A DNA stretch of 64,000 nucleotides from Minisyncoccota bacterium (GCA_046350795.1 JAXLZT010000001.1:181780-245779); one strand, 5' to 3'; shown: positions 8,353-18,402, numbered from the stretch's first letter. The notes: generated by a model from the sequence alone, not told the origin. Translations and numbers: made by a program.

Positions 8353-10761
8353 ATGCCAGAGAAAAAACAAAATAAAAAAATAGTTTTACTTGATGTGCAC
8401 GCTATCATACATCGCGCATATCACGCTTTGCCTGATTTTGCTTCTACAAAAGGCGAGCCGACTGGTGCTATATATGGACTTTGCACAATGCTTTTAAAAA
8501 TCGTTGCCGACCTTTCTCCTGATTTCATTGTCGCTTGTTATGATCTACCGGAAAAAACCCACAGACATGAAGCATACGAAGCATACAAAGCGACTCGCAA
8601 GAAAATAGACGACGCTCTCGTCGCGCAGATAGTGCGATCAAATGATGTTTTCAAGGCGTTTAGTATTCCGTCATATTCTTTTGCTGGTTTTGAAGCGGAC
8701 GACGTGCTCGGTACTATTGTTGAGACACTGAAACACGACAAGAGTACAGACATAGTGATCGCATCCGGTGATATGGACACGATGCAACTCGTGGATGATA
8801 AAAAGGTGCGAGTATATACTTTGCGAAAGGGAATAAAAGACACGGTAATATATGATGAGGATGCTGTTGTGGAAAGATTTGGTTTTGTGCCAACACTTTT
8901 GCCAGACTACAAGGGTTTGCGTGGCGATCCTTCTGACAATATTATCGGCATTGCTGGTATCGGCGAAAAGACAGCGACTATTTTAATACAAAAGTTTGGC
9001 ACACTAGAAAAAATGTATAAGGTGCTAAAAAAAGATCAGGCACCGTTTAGAGAAGCCGGGATCACTCCGCGTATCATTGATTTACTTTTGAAAGGCGAGG
9101 AAGAAGCCCTATTTTCAAAAACATTAGCAACTATTCGCCGTGACGCGCCGATTGATTTTAAAATGCCGGAAAAGACATGGAAAGAAGCGGTGGATATAAA
9201 AGCAGTCGAGACACTTTTTGCCGAGCTTGAGTTTAAGGCTCTTCTTTCCCGAGTAGAAAATGCACTAGGTATAAAAAAAATGCCCTTGCAGGCAAGCTTG
9301 CTTGGAGGTGACGGTGAGGAGGGCAACGGTAGCGCAGACGCACAAAAAGAAGTATTGCCGGAAAGCGAAATGAAAAAACTATCTCTGGCGCTTTGGATTA
9401 TTGATTCAAATATTACTAGCCCATCTATCGAAGACGTTTTGCGATTTGCGCACACCGAGTCTTTGCTACGCGCGCGAGATTTTATCATGTCCGAGCTTGA
9501 GAAAAGAAATCTGATGAAAGTTTTTCGCGAAATAGAAGAACCACTCATGCGTGTGATAGAGGCAATGGAGAAGCGGGGGATAAAAATAGATGCAAAATAT
9601 TTGCGCCAGCTTTCAAAGCAGTATCATGCCGATCTTGCCGAGCTCGAGAAAAATATTTGGCGTGAAGCTGGTGAGGAATTTAATATAAATTCACCAAAAC
9701 AGCTTGGCGTGATACTTTTTGACAAACTCGGGCTCAGCGTAAAAGGACTCAAAAAAACAGCGGGTGGCGAGCGCTCTACTCGTGAAAGCGAGCTAGAAAA
9801 AATGGAAGGACTTCATCCCATCATTGATTACATATTAAAATACCGCGTGCTACAAAAACTTCTTTCTACATATATAGATACACTACCTACACTTTTGGCA
9901 GAAGACGGCCGACTGCACACTACTTTTTTGCAGACTGGTACGACGACGGGGCGCATGTCTTCCAACAATCCCAACATTCAAAATATTCCCATCAAAACAG
10001 ATGCAGGTAAAAAGATTCGTGATGCTTTTGTCGCGGAAAAAGGCTTTAAGCTAGTAAAGTTTGATTATTCTCAAATAGAGCTACGCATTGCCGCGCTTTT
10101 GTCTGGTGATGAAAAGCTTATAGAAATATTTAAATCGGGTGGAGATATTCATCAGGCTGTGGCATCAGAAGTTTTTAAAGTACCACGCGAAAAAGTCGAT
10201 AGAGAAATGCGTCGCAAAGCCAAAGTGATCAATTTCGGCATCCTTTACGGTATGGGTGTGAACGCTTTGAAGAAAAATCTAGACAGCACTCGCGAAGAAG
10301 CACAGTTTTTCTACGATGAATATTTCAAAAATTTCAGCGGTCTTGCGAGCTATCTAGAGTCAGTAAAAGCCAGTGCAAAAAAGCTCGGATACACAGAAAC
10401 TTTTTTTGGTCGTCGCCGATATTTTCCAAATATAAAATCAAAGCTGCCATATATCGCTGCTGCCAACGAACGCATGGCCATCAACGCGCCGATACAAGGC
10501 ACTTCTGCGGATATCATAAAGATAGCGATGGTGAGGATACATGAATACATTGAGCGAGCGGGTCTTTCTAAAGACGTTTTTCTGCTTTTGCAAGTGCACG
10601 ATGAGCTTGTGTTTGAAATAAAAGAGGAGGTGGTCGCAAAGGTGACGCCAGAGCTAGAGCGCATAATGCAAGAAGTGCTTAAGCCAGAGGAAATGCTCGG
10701 TATCCCTCTTGTGGTCAATGGCGAGGTCGGGGATAATTGGGGGCAAACGGAGGCGCTGTAA
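8353..10761 (+). CDS. polA: DNA polymerase I (5'-3' exonuclease + family A polymerase domain)
   Basis: 802 aa; N-terminal 5'-nuclease/FEN, pol motifs DYSQIELRIAA (motif A), RRKAKVINFGILYG (motif B), QVHDELVFE (motif C). Confidence 0.9.
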   Translation: MPEKKQNKKIVLLDVHAIIHRAYHALPDFASTKGEPTGAIYGLCTMLLKIVADLSPDFIVACYDLPEKTHRHEAYEAYKATRKKIDDALVAQIVRSNDVFKAFSIPSYSFAGFEADDVLGTIVETLKHDKSTDIVIASGDMDTMQLVDDKKVRVYTLRKGIKDTVIYDEDAVVERFGFVPTLLPDYKGLRGDPSDNIIGIAGIGEKTATILIQKFGTLEKMYKVLKKDQAPFREAGITPRIIDLLLKGEEEALFSKTLATIRRDAPIDFKMPEKTWKEAVDIKAVETLFAELEFKALLSRVENALGIKKMPLQASLLGGDGEEGNGSADAQKEVLPESEMKKLSLALWIIDSNITSPSIEDVLRFAHTESLLRARDFIMSELEKRNLMKVFREIEEPLMRVIEAMEKRGIKIDAKYLRQLSKQYHADLAELEKNIWREAGEEFNINSPKQLGVILFDKLGLSVKGLKKTAGGERSTRESELEKMEGLHPIIDYILKYRVLQKLLSTYIDTLPTLLAEDGRLHTTFLQTGTTTGRMSSNNPNIQNIPIKTDAGKKIRDAFVAEKGFKLVKFDYSQIELRIAALLSGDEKLIEIFKSGGDIHQAVASEVFKVPREKVDREMRRKAKVINFGILYGMGVNALKKNLDSTREEAQFFYDEYFKNFSGLASYLESVKASAKKLGYTETFFGRRRYFPNIKSKLPYIAAANERMAINAPIQGTSADIIKIAMVRIHEYIERAGLSKDVFLLLQVHDELVFEIKEEVVAKVTPELERIMQEVLKPEEMLGIPLVVNGEVGDNWGQTEAL

Positions 10762-10779
10762 AGATGCGCGAGAAATATT

Positions 10780-11496
10780 ATGCTCTACTTTCTACACGGC
10801 ACAGATTTAAAAAGATCACGCGAAAAGCTTCATGAGCTACTCGACACTTTGCATAAAAAAAAGCCAGACGCTGAGCTCTTTAAAATAGAAAGTGAGCAGT
10901 GGGACGAAGCGAGGTTTGAAGAATTTTTGAGCGGACAGGGGCTTTTTGAAAATAAATATATTGTGGTGCTTGATAAAGTTTTTGAAAATGTCGATGCAAA
11001 AGAGTCAGTGGTGGAAATGCTTAAAGAAATAGCTGAATCTGACAATGTTTTTATTTTTCTTGAAGGCGCTGTGGACACAGCCACTCTAAAGAAGATAGAA
11101 AAACATGCGCAAAAGACTCAGGAATTTGAAGAAAAAGAAAAAACCGCGCCAAAAACTTTTAATATTTTTTCTTTGACGGACGCTTTTGGTCGTCGCGATA
11201 AAAAACAACTTTGGGTGCTATATGAGCAAGCGCTTGCTAATGGATCAGAGCCGGAGGAAATACACGGTATCCTTTTTTGGCAATTGAAAAGTATTTTGAC
11301 TGCTCTCGGCTCAAAAAGTGCGAGCGAGTCCGGACTCAAGCCGTTTGTTTTTCAAAAGGCTACTGGCTTTGCGCGCAACTACTCTCGCGAAGAATTACAA
11401 AAAATGTCTGCTCAGTTTGTAGATATATATCACAATGCCAGACGTGGAATGGGGGAGATGGATATTGCTTTGGAGAAGTTTATTTTGAGTATATAA
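10780..11496 (+). CDS. holA: DNA polymerase III delta subunit-like (HolA family), short
   Basis: 238 aa; MLYFLHGTD...LFENKYIVVLDKV resembles delta N-domain; position after polA; weak. Confidence 0.5.
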   Translation: MLYFLHGTDLKRSREKLHELLDTLHKKKPDAELFKIESEQWDEARFEEFLSGQGLFENKYIVVLDKVFENVDAKESVVEMLKEIAESDNVFIFLEGAVDTATLKKIEKHAQKTQEFEEKEKTAPKTFNIFSLTDAFGRRDKKQLWVLYEQALANGSEPEEIHGILFWQLKSILTALGSKSASESGLKPFVFQKATGFARNYSREELQKMSAQFVDIYHNARRGMGEMDIALEKFILSI

Positions 11497-11503
11497 AAGT
11501 ATT

Positions 11504-11531
11504 GCGCCCGCCCCTGTGGAGGGGCGGGCGC
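11504..11531. terminator. Strong GC hairpin (GCGCCCGCCCC-TGTGGA-GGGGCGGGCGC), likely terminator for convergent holA / minus-strand membrane gene
   Basis: Perfect 11-bp stem read directly; U-run on minus-strand side (acttttat). Confidence 0.6.
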
Positions 11532-11560
11532 TAAGTGAATGTTGTGTGAAAGGCTGAGTT

Positions 11561-12217
11561 CTAGGGGGTGAATTTATGATGCCCCCAATCGTTGAAGCCA
11601 AGTTTGTAAATAAAGAACATGCTTCGGAATACGAAGCCAATCGCCACCGCCATGCTGTTGACCATGGCAACGATGCAGAAAGTAGCTAGTCCCACAACAC
11701 CCCCGTATGCGATACCGAGCACCACCCCCACAAACAGTGCTGAGAGGAACGAGAAGTACAGTGCTGTACTCGTGCTGGACAAGACGCCAGAGATCATGCA
11801 GATCAGTAGGAGCGATCCGAACAAAATCATGGTTCCAGGCTCGGAAACACCGTTTACAAATCCAGCAACGCTCCCAACAATCAAGCCAAACGCTACCGCG
11901 GCCAGAGTGGCACCTATCCAGTCTTCATTAGCAGCCCAATCGTTCTTTGAAGACAGGTGAATGATCCAGCTAAGCTGGAGTATGAACACCGGAAACAGGA
12001 GGATGTCAGAGAGGCGGGTGAGGTTGAATGGCCAGATTAGCTCGCCCCACACCCGAACGTTTTCTTTGCCCATTCCCACCACCTCCACCTTGTCACAGGA
12101 CAGCATGATGTTGGAGGAGTGTGGTACAGAGCCGGTGCACAGGCACCAGATTGTCCAGAATGCGCCAGCAACGGACGCAACGAAGAGCATCCAGATAAAA
12201 GTTGTACGAGGTCTCAA
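11561..12217 (-). CDS. Hypothetical polytopic membrane protein; GC-rich gene adjacent to tRNA-Lys 3' end
   Basis: 218 aa with multiple hydrophobic helices (…LAAVAFGLIVGSVAGFV…, …FVGVVLGIAYGGVVGLATFCIVAMV…); composition visibly GC-rich vs flanks. Confidence 0.5.
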   Translation of the reverse strand: MRPRTTFIWMLFVASVAGAFWTIWCLCTGSVPHSSNIMLSCDKVEVVGMGKENVRVWGELIWPFNLTRLSDILLFPVFILQLSWIIHLSSKNDWAANEDWIGATLAAVAFGLIVGSVAGFVNGVSEPGTMILFGSLLLICMISGVLSSTSTALYFSFLSALFVGVVLGIAYGGVVGLATFCIVAMVNSMAVAIGFVFRSMFFIYKLGFNDWGHHKFTP

Positions 12218-12388
12218 GTGAAGCTCCTTGGTAAGGGTGATAAACCACCTTTAGTGATGGTTACAGCTATAAAAATCCTATTTCGAATGAGTGAAATTTG
12301 GGTTCTTGTAGCAGTAACCATCAACGTTTTTAATGTTCAGTCTTGCGTTAAATTAGCACATTAAAATAAAAAGTCAAGTGTCGTATGA

Positions 12389-12464
12389 TGGTCCGCCCAC
12401 CAGGACTCGAACCTGGGACCAAGTGCTTAAAAGGCACCTGCTCTACCAACTGAGCTATAGGCGG
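12389..12464 (-). tRNA. tRNA-Lys (anticodon TTT), CCA encoded
   Basis: Minus-strand cloverleaf folded by hand: acceptor CCGCCTA/TGGGCGG, anticodon loop CTTTTAA, T-loop TTCGAGT, 76 nt. Confidence 0.8.
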
Positions 12465-12533
12465 ATGTAAAACTTGCTGTACTCGCGCGCTATGGCTGAA
12501 TTTCTACCAAGACAGCTATAGGCGGATGTAAAA
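12454..12533. repeat. 20-bp direct repeat AGCTATAGGCGGATGTAAAA (12454-12473 and 12514-12533) duplicating the tRNA-Lys 5' end plus 9 nt upstream
   Basis: Seen directly; 60-bp spacing. Confidence 0.6.
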
Positions 12534-12566
12534 TTCGCACAAGCGAATATCAGAAAATATAACAGA

Positions 12567-12929
12567 TTATAGCGGTAAATCAATAGCGTAAAACCCTGCA
12601 CCTGAGAGCATTAGGGAAAAAGAAATCACAATCACAAATACATAAAGCATAATATCTTTTTCCGACAATGATTTCACAACCTTCCATTTATACACAAAGG
12701 TCGCAGTATTTATGAGGAGGGCGATTAGAGCCATTACTTGGGTAAAAAGACCGAGCACAATAAATATTCCAGCTACAATGAGTACGATATTTGAACCACG
12801 AGAAATATTTGAAATTGGCCCACGCAGACTTTTATAAGAAGTGAAAACTAGAAAAATACCCAGCGCTAGGCGAAGCAAAAGTGGTGCAAAGAGTCCGTAG
12901 GTCAAAAGATTTGGAAATGTATTGAGCAT
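12567..12929 (-). CDS. DoxX-family small membrane protein
   Basis: 120 aa, 4 predicted TM helices, LLRLALGIFLVFTSYKSL typical of DoxX. Confidence 0.5.
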   Translation of the reverse strand: MLNTFPNLLTYGLFAPLLLRLALGIFLVFTSYKSLRGPISNISRGSNIVLIVAGIFIVLGLFTQVMALIALLINTATFVYKWKVVKSLSEKDIMLYVFVIVISFSLMLSGAGFYAIDLPL

Positions 12930-12956
12930 GATTGGATTATACCAAAGTATAGGGAA

Positions 12957-13469
12957 ATGTTGTATTGTGTGGGCATGAAAAAGGAAGAAATCTATGTGGT
13001 ATTAAATGACATACGAAGCATACACAATGTAGGCTCTATATTTCGCACGGCTGATGCCGCGGGTGTGTCAAAGATATTTTTGACGGGCTATACACCGACA
13101 CCTCTAGATAGATTTGGCCGGCCAAGAAAAGATCTGGCAAAGGTAGCGCTCGGAGCAGAAAAATCTGTGCCATGGGAATATGAAAAAAGCACGCAGGCTA
13201 TCATAAAAAAAATAAAAAAAGCCGGCGTGTTTGTGGTGGCGATAGAGCAAAGCCCGCGCTCAGTGCATTACAAAAAAATCGCTCTCGATCTAAAAAATCA
13301 CGACATCAGTCACGTCGCTTTTGTATACGGAAATGAGGTGGATGGTATCTCGCCGGATATTTTAAATGAGTGTGATGCTGTAGCAGAAATACCGATGGCC
13401 GGTAAAAAAGAATCACTCAATGTGTCAGTCTCAGCCGGTATTACACTTTTTGGGATGCTTGATAGGTAA
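12957..13469 (+). CDS. SpoU/TrmH-family RNA 2'-O-methyltransferase
   Basis: IRSIHNVGSIFRTADAAGVSKIFLTGYTP... SPOUT motifs; true start may be MKKEEIYVV at 12975. Confidence 0.75.
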   Translation: MLYCVGMKKEEIYVVLNDIRSIHNVGSIFRTADAAGVSKIFLTGYTPTPLDRFGRPRKDLAKVALGAEKSVPWEYEKSTQAIIKKIKKAGVFVVAIEQSPRSVHYKKIALDLKNHDISHVAFVYGNEVDGISPDILNECDAVAEIPMAGKKESLNVSVSAGITLFGMLDR

Positions 13470-13471
13470 GC

Positions 13472-14317
13472 TTAGTAAGTGAAGGTGTCTACGGTGCGTC
13501 CTTGTGCGTCTATAAGTCTCAAGATCTCCTGATCACTTTTTCCATCTTTATCTTTTTTCCAAAAAGGCATGTTGCTTTTCAAAAAAACTCGCCACTCTTT
13601 GCCTAAAAAGTTTTTACTGTTTTTATACATGTTTACACAACCCTGATAAGAAGCTTTTTCTTTTATAAAGTCCTCGCAATATTGAGGCATATTCGGTAGA
13701 TTTTTTGGTGGTACTTCACATACAGAAAGGGAATTTATATAGTTCATGCATGTATCGCTGTCTTCTATTTGATTTGGTAATTTGCCGTTGTCTAAGTCTG
13801 GGCAACGCATTTCTAGTTTTGGATTAAAATTTTCCTTATCTTCTATATAGCCAGTACAAGCGTTTGTTCTAAAAGAAATTCCTATTGGTGATTTGTCAGA
13901 AGAGATGATGACTTTTTGATAGCCGTTTACTACGATTGCCTTTTCTGGATCTATGAGTGGCATATTTGATGCGTTGCCTATTACTGCCTTGCTTCCAGTG
14001 ACATCGCTCACAATACTCCAACCCGTAATATTTATCGGTTCGTCTGTAGAGGTGGTAAGTACTATATATTCTGATCCAGTAAATGTACCAGGCTCTACTA
14101 TATCGTCTATATCTATGTCGCCAGCAAATGGAGAAGTGTTACTCGATCCTTTTATGTGCGCACCCTGTACTTCACCTATATTTTTGTTTGTATTTAGGTT
14201 TTTTGTTGGATTCAATCCACCAGTAACCGGTTTGAATAGCGCGCCGTTATTATGTAAGGCTAATAATATAGCTGCAAATAAAACTAAAGCTACAATGATT
14301 GGACCTATTTCTTTCAT
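13472..14317 (-). CDS. Secreted/membrane-anchored hypothetical protein, possible lamin-tail (LTD)-like domain, Cys-rich C-terminus
   Basis: N-terminal TM MKEIGPIIVALVLFAAILLA; SEYIVLTTSTDEPINITGWSI resembles LTD motif; weak. Confidence 0.4.
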   Translation of the reverse strand: MKEIGPIIVALVLFAAILLALHNNGALFKPVTGGLNPTKNLNTNKNIGEVQGAHIKGSSNTSPFAGDIDIDDIVEPGTFTGSEYIVLTTSTDEPINITGWSIVSDVTGSKAVIGNASNMPLIDPEKAIVVNGYQKVIISSDKSPIGISFRTNACTGYIEDKENFNPKLEMRCPDLDNGKLPNQIEDSDTCMNYINSLSVCEVPPKNLPNMPQYCEDFIKEKASYQGCVNMYKNSKNFLGKEWRVFLKSNMPFWKKDKDGKSDQEILRLIDAQGRTVDTFTY

Positions 14318-14323
14318 ATGTTC

Positions 14324-15238
14324 TTATTGTAGAAGCTTTTGATGAGTAGTGCAAAAATGCGCACTGCGTCCACCAATGATTTTTCTTTGTATGACCCCTC
14401 CACAACCACGCTTTTTACATTTTTCCTTGGCGCGACGATAGACTTGATGTTCGAGCTGAAACCGTCCTTTTTCCCCGTGCACATTGCGGTAGTCTGACAT
14501 TGAGTCTCCACCAAAATCTATTCCTTTTGAAAGTAGTTGGCGTGTCGCGGTATACATTTTTTTTAAAGTAATCTCCGGTATTTTTTCTGGTTTGGATTCG
14601 GGATGTACTGAACATTCCCAAAGTATTTCATCAGAGTAAATATTTCCAATACCCGCCATGACACTCTGGTCCATTAAAACGGTTTTTATTTTTCCCTTTG
14701 GTTTTTTCTCTAAACATTTTTTAAATATTTCAAATGTAAAATTTTTATCTACAGGCTCTGGTCCAAGCTCTCGTAAGTCTGGTGATTCGTGCATTGTTTT
14801 TGTATCTAGTATTGTAACTTTTGCGAATTTTCTAGTGTCAGACATAGCGACGTGTTTGCCGTTTGAAAGAGTCATTACAAAATGTACATACGCATTAAAC
14901 GGATCATCTCTCAGTGGTCCAGCGTGTATAGCTTCCCATTTTTTTCCTTTCATACCATATGTGCCGTATAGTATGTGTCCGGTCATTTTCATGTGAATTA
15001 AAATGGTGTGGTCGTTGGATAGGTGAATTAATACATTTTTTGCGCGTCTATTTACGGATATTATTTTTTTACCGACGCAAAGTGCGCGGAATTTTTTAAA
15101 AAACTCTGCGTCTTTTATGTTATTTTTTCCCTTGTAGTGAGGGCTTTTGTAATCTGTCCATATATCTACGATACTTAGGCCCGGCAATACTTTCTGCAGG
15201 CCTGTAGCTGTAGTATGTACTTCTGGTAGCTCTGGCAT
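14324..15238 (-). CDS. fpg: Formamidopyrimidine-DNA glycosylase (Fpg/MutM, Fpg/Nei family)
   Basis: MPELPEVHTTATGL N-terminal catalytic Pro2-Glu3, H2TH, C-terminal zinc finger CKKRGCGGVIQRKIIGGRSAHFCTTHQ. Confidence 0.85.
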   Translation of the reverse strand: MPELPEVHTTATGLQKVLPGLSIVDIWTDYKSPHYKGKNNIKDAEFFKKFRALCVGKKIISVNRRAKNVLIHLSNDHTILIHMKMTGHILYGTYGMKGKKWEAIHAGPLRDDPFNAYVHFVMTLSNGKHVAMSDTRKFAKVTILDTKTMHESPDLRELGPEPVDKNFTFEIFKKCLEKKPKGKIKTVLMDQSVMAGIGNIYSDEILWECSVHPESKPEKIPEITLKKMYTATRQLLSKGIDFGGDSMSDYRNVHGEKGRFQLEHQVYRRAKEKCKKRGCGGVIQRKIIGGRSAHFCTTHQKLLQ

Positions 15239-15266
15239 GGAGTGATTATAATGCTATACTCTTTTC

Positions 15267-16127
15267 ATGAAAAGACTCGCTCTTATCGCATCTATTGCTG
15301 TATTTGCTATTTGTTATATATATTTTACAAAGCCAATACATACTCCAGCGGTCGTGGCAAATAATCAGCCGGTTAATAAAATAAAAATATTACTTGTTGC
15401 TGGACATGATAATGACACGTGGGGAACTCAATTTTTGGGCGTCAAGGAAGTCGAACTCAACAGACTTCTCGCTGGTTATTTGTTTGATTTTTTAAAAAAT
15501 GATCCACTTTTTGAAGTGACGGTAAATCAAGAAAATGATGATTATATTCCTGAATTGAAAAACTTTTTTGAAGAAAATGAAGAAAAAATAGTGACATATC
15601 GAAAAGAGAGAAGGGATGGTTTTAAAAAAGAAACGGAGGAAAGGGATATAGATGCTGATGTGGTAGAGCACAATAAGGTGACTGATGATGTGGCCAACAA
15701 GCTTTATGGCACAAACATGTGGGCAGAAGAAAAAGATTTCGATTTACTTCTACACACTCACTTTAATGATTATCCTGGTAGACCAAAGAGCGGTGCCGGT
15801 AAATATTTCGGTTTTGTGGTGTATGCACCAGATGATAGTCTGAAAAATCATAATGAAAGTTTACCTGTTGCACACGCTTTATATAATGAGCTTGCAAAAT
15901 ATCAACCAAAGAGCAATTTGCCTGTAGAAAAAGATGGGGTAATAGAAAGTAAGGATCTTATTGCTCTGGGCGCTCGTAATAGTTTGAGTATTCCCGCCGT
16001 GCTAATAGAGTATGCGTATATAGCAGAGCCAAGACTGCAAGGTGAGGGTAGGGATGGTGAAATAAAAAAGATGGCTGAGCAGACTTATGTGGCGCTGAAA
16101 GAGTATTACGGTAAACAACAAAAGTAG
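15267..16127 (+). CDS. N-acetylmuramoyl-L-alanine amidase (Amidase_3 family), secreted
   Basis: Signal/TM N-terminus; KILLVAGHDNDTWG... and LLLHTHFNDYPG match Amidase_3 metal-ligand regions. Confidence 0.6.
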   Translation: MKRLALIASIAVFAICYIYFTKPIHTPAVVANNQPVNKIKILLVAGHDNDTWGTQFLGVKEVELNRLLAGYLFDFLKNDPLFEVTVNQENDDYIPELKNFFEENEEKIVTYRKERRDGFKKETEERDIDADVVEHNKVTDDVANKLYGTNMWAEEKDFDLLLHTHFNDYPGRPKSGAGKYFGFVVYAPDDSLKNHNESLPVAHALYNELAKYQPKSNLPVEKDGVIESKDLIALGARNSLSIPAVLIEYAYIAEPRLQGEGRDGEIKKMAEQTYVALKEYYGKQQK

Positions 16128-16208
16128 TGTTTGAAAAGCACGCGTCAATCGCTACTGCGATTGCTGCTCCGCTCGGCGCCGTCGCGCCTGCGCGAGTCTT
16201 TTCAAACA

Positions 16209-17474
16209 CTACTTTTGTTTATTTACCATCATTTTCTGCAACTCCTCTTTTGCTACCTCACTATCACTCCACGGTTCTTTTTCGCCATTTGCTCGCATGA
16301 TGTATGGATCTGTGCCTTTGCCAGTGATGAGTATTACGTCGCCAGTGTTGGCTTTTGAAATGGCTGTAGCTATGGCTTGTCGTCTGTCCATTATGATTTC
16401 ACATGGCTTGTTTGTAATACCCTTTGTCATGTCCTCGACGATAGATCGCGGATCATCATCATATGGATCTTCGTCAGTTAAGATAATTTCATCACAGTAT
16501 TTATCAGCGACAGCGCCCATCACTTTTCTTTTCCAAGTGTCTCTACCACCGCCAGTGTTTCCTAAGACGCATATTTTTTTCTGATCAGGAAAAGCTTGAT
16601 AAAGTTTTTCTAAAGAGTCTGCTGTGTGTGCGTAGTCTACAATTACTTCAAAATCCTGTCCGGCATTTACTCTCTCTACACGACCCTTTGGCGTTTGTAT
16701 TTTTGCCAAAGCTTTTTTAATAGTCTCAAGTGACACGCCTATGGCCTCGGCACACATCAGTGCGCCAAGCGCATTGTATATATTGAAAAGGCCGGTGAGT
16801 GGCGCATGCATTTTTTCACCTTTATATGTAAATGTAATTGAGTTTTTATCTAAAATGTAAGGTTCGGCTTTTGAAATAGAAAAAGGAACGGTGTGTTGTA
16901 CGGGCAGAGAGAGGTAGAGTTGGGACTCCTCGTCGTCTTTGTTGGCTACAGACCATTTTTCTTTTTTTGATGATTTTACTAGCGACCAGCCGATAGAGCG
17001 TTTTGCATCGCGATACTTTTCAAAAGATCCATGTGACTCTATGTGTTCTGGAGATAGATTTGTAAAAATAAGAGCGTCTAGGTCGATACCACGATTGCGA
17101 TATTGTTTTGCTCCTTCTGATGTGATCTCCATGACAACATGTGTACATCTCGCATTTACTGCATCTCGCAAAAATTTTTGTATGAAAAATCGCCCCGGCA
17201 TGGACATTTTGTAAAGATTTGGCCAGCTTTTATCACCGATTTTAAAACGAATCGTGCCTGTGACAGCAGTCTTGTATCCCGCCTCTTCTAGTATGGCATT
17301 TAATATTTCTACGGTGCTGGATTTTCCTTTTGTGCCGGTGACAGCAACGACAAAAAGTTTGCGGGAAGGGAAGCGGTAGAGGATAGCGCCAGCGTATGCA
17401 AAAATGAAATGATATGCAGGCTGAAAAAATTTAAATATCGGAGCGGGTATTATTTTTTTTAAAATTCTAAGCAT
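16209..17474 (-). CDS. Mur ligase family protein (MurE/MurF-like UDP-N-acetylmuramoyl-peptide ligase)
   Basis: 421 aa; VVAVTGTKGKSSTVEIL P-loop of Mur ligase middle domain; C-terminal domain present. Confidence 0.7.
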   Translation of the reverse strand: MLRILKKIIPAPIFKFFQPAYHFIFAYAGAILYRFPSRKLFVVAVTGTKGKSSTVEILNAILEEAGYKTAVTGTIRFKIGDKSWPNLYKMSMPGRFFIQKFLRDAVNARCTHVVMEITSEGAKQYRNRGIDLDALIFTNLSPEHIESHGSFEKYRDAKRSIGWSLVKSSKKEKWSVANKDDEESQLYLSLPVQHTVPFSISKAEPYILDKNSITFTYKGEKMHAPLTGLFNIYNALGALMCAEAIGVSLETIKKALAKIQTPKGRVERVNAGQDFEVIVDYAHTADSLEKLYQAFPDQKKICVLGNTGGGRDTWKRKVMGAVADKYCDEIILTDEDPYDDDPRSIVEDMTKGITNKPCEIIMDRRQAIATAISKANTGDVILITGKGTDPYIMRANGEKEPWSDSEVAKEELQKMMVNKQK

Positions 17475-17483
17475 TTTTTCTTT

Positions 17484-18056
17484 TTAAATCTTTGAACCAA
17501 GTATTTTTAGCGCTTGTTTTACTTTTTCTCCAGTATTGTCTATATCTTTAGAAACTTTTGTGAGCGCATCTCGAGCTTCGTTTTGAGAATAACCCAGAGA
17601 CTTGAGTGCTTCGATAGCGTCTGAATCTTTTTGCAGGTGGACACCCCCACCTTCGATTCCTTCAAACTTTCCGCGCAGTTCAAGCACTATTTTGTCTGCT
17701 ACTTTTTTGCCGACACCAGAAACTTTTGTTAGATATGCGGTGTCGCCACTAGAAATAGCCAAGCGGATGGTTTCTGGGAGCACCGCATTCATTACGCCGA
17801 GCGCAGTTTTTGGTCCGATGCCAGATACTGTGATGAGCATTTCAAATAAATCGAGATCTTCTTTGTTTGCAAAGCCGTAAAGATCTAAAGAGTTTTCTCG
17901 CACCGCTAAATACGTCCAGACAGATATTTCGGCACCATCGCGCGCTTTGTCTATCATCGCTGAAGTAGCAAAAACCTTGTATCCCACGCCCGCGACATCT
18001 ACGATCAAAAATCGCAAGTCTTTATAGCTAACACTTCCTTTGAGTTGGGAAATCAT
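17484..18056 (-). CDS. ruvA: Holliday junction DNA helicase RuvA
   Basis: 190 aa; MISQLKGSVSYKDLRFLIVDVAGVGYKVF OB-fold N-terminus, HhH motifs GIGPKTA, SGVGKKVADKI. Confidence 0.85.
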   Translation of the reverse strand: MISQLKGSVSYKDLRFLIVDVAGVGYKVFATSAMIDKARDGAEISVWTYLAVRENSLDLYGFANKEDLDLFEMLITVSGIGPKTALGVMNAVLPETIRLAISSGDTAYLTKVSGVGKKVADKIVLELRGKFEGIEGGGVHLQKDSDAIEALKSLGYSQNEARDALTKVSKDIDNTGEKVKQALKILGSKI

Positions 18057-18130
18057 GGCTGTAATGATAGCAGAATTTGCCTTTTTGAGCGATATTTGTT
18101 ACTGTATCCGATACATTTCAATATATAAAT

Positions 18131-18394
18131 ATGCCAATTACAACTTCAGCAAAAAAGGCGCTTAGAAACTCAAATCGAAAACGAGTTTTTAACATGCGAA
18201 AAAAGGAGGGCGTTCAGGCTGTATTAAAGAAGTTTAAAAAGCTTGTTGCAGAAAAGAACGCAAAAGAAGCGTCCAAATACCTATCTACAGTACAAAAAAC
18301 TATAGATAAAGCATCAAAAACAGGACTTTTGAAGAAAAACACAGCTTCAAGAAAAAAGTCTAGACTTGTAGCCATGGTAAAAAAGCTCGGCTAA
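18131..18394 (+). CDS. rpsT: 30S ribosomal protein S20
   Basis: 87 aa; MPITTSAKKALRNSNRKRVFN... classic bS20. Confidence 0.85.
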   Translation: MPITTSAKKALRNSNRKRVFNMRKKEGVQAVLKKFKKLVAEKNAKEASKYLSTVQKTIDKASKTGLLKKNTASRKKSRLVAMVKKLG

Positions 18395-18402
18395 TGTAAA
18401 AC

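Noticed and set aside
11619-12221. Plus-strand ORFs 11619-11960, 11707-11931, 11961-12221 inside the GC-rich membrane gene
   Set aside because: Antisense to a multi-TM protein with coherent hydrophobic helices; GC-rich artefacts.
12454-12533. 20-bp direct repeat at tRNA-Lys, considered as an attL/attR pair of an integrated element
   Set aside because: It duplicates the 5' rather than the 3' end of the tRNA, the copies are only 60 bp apart, and no integrase is nearby; kept as a low-interest note.
16128-16210. Long inverted repeat (agtgtttgaaaag...cttttcaaacact) between convergent amidase and Mur-ligase genes, considered as a regulatory element
   Set aside because: Most simply a bidirectional terminator hairpin with a large loop; nothing further supports a regulatory role.
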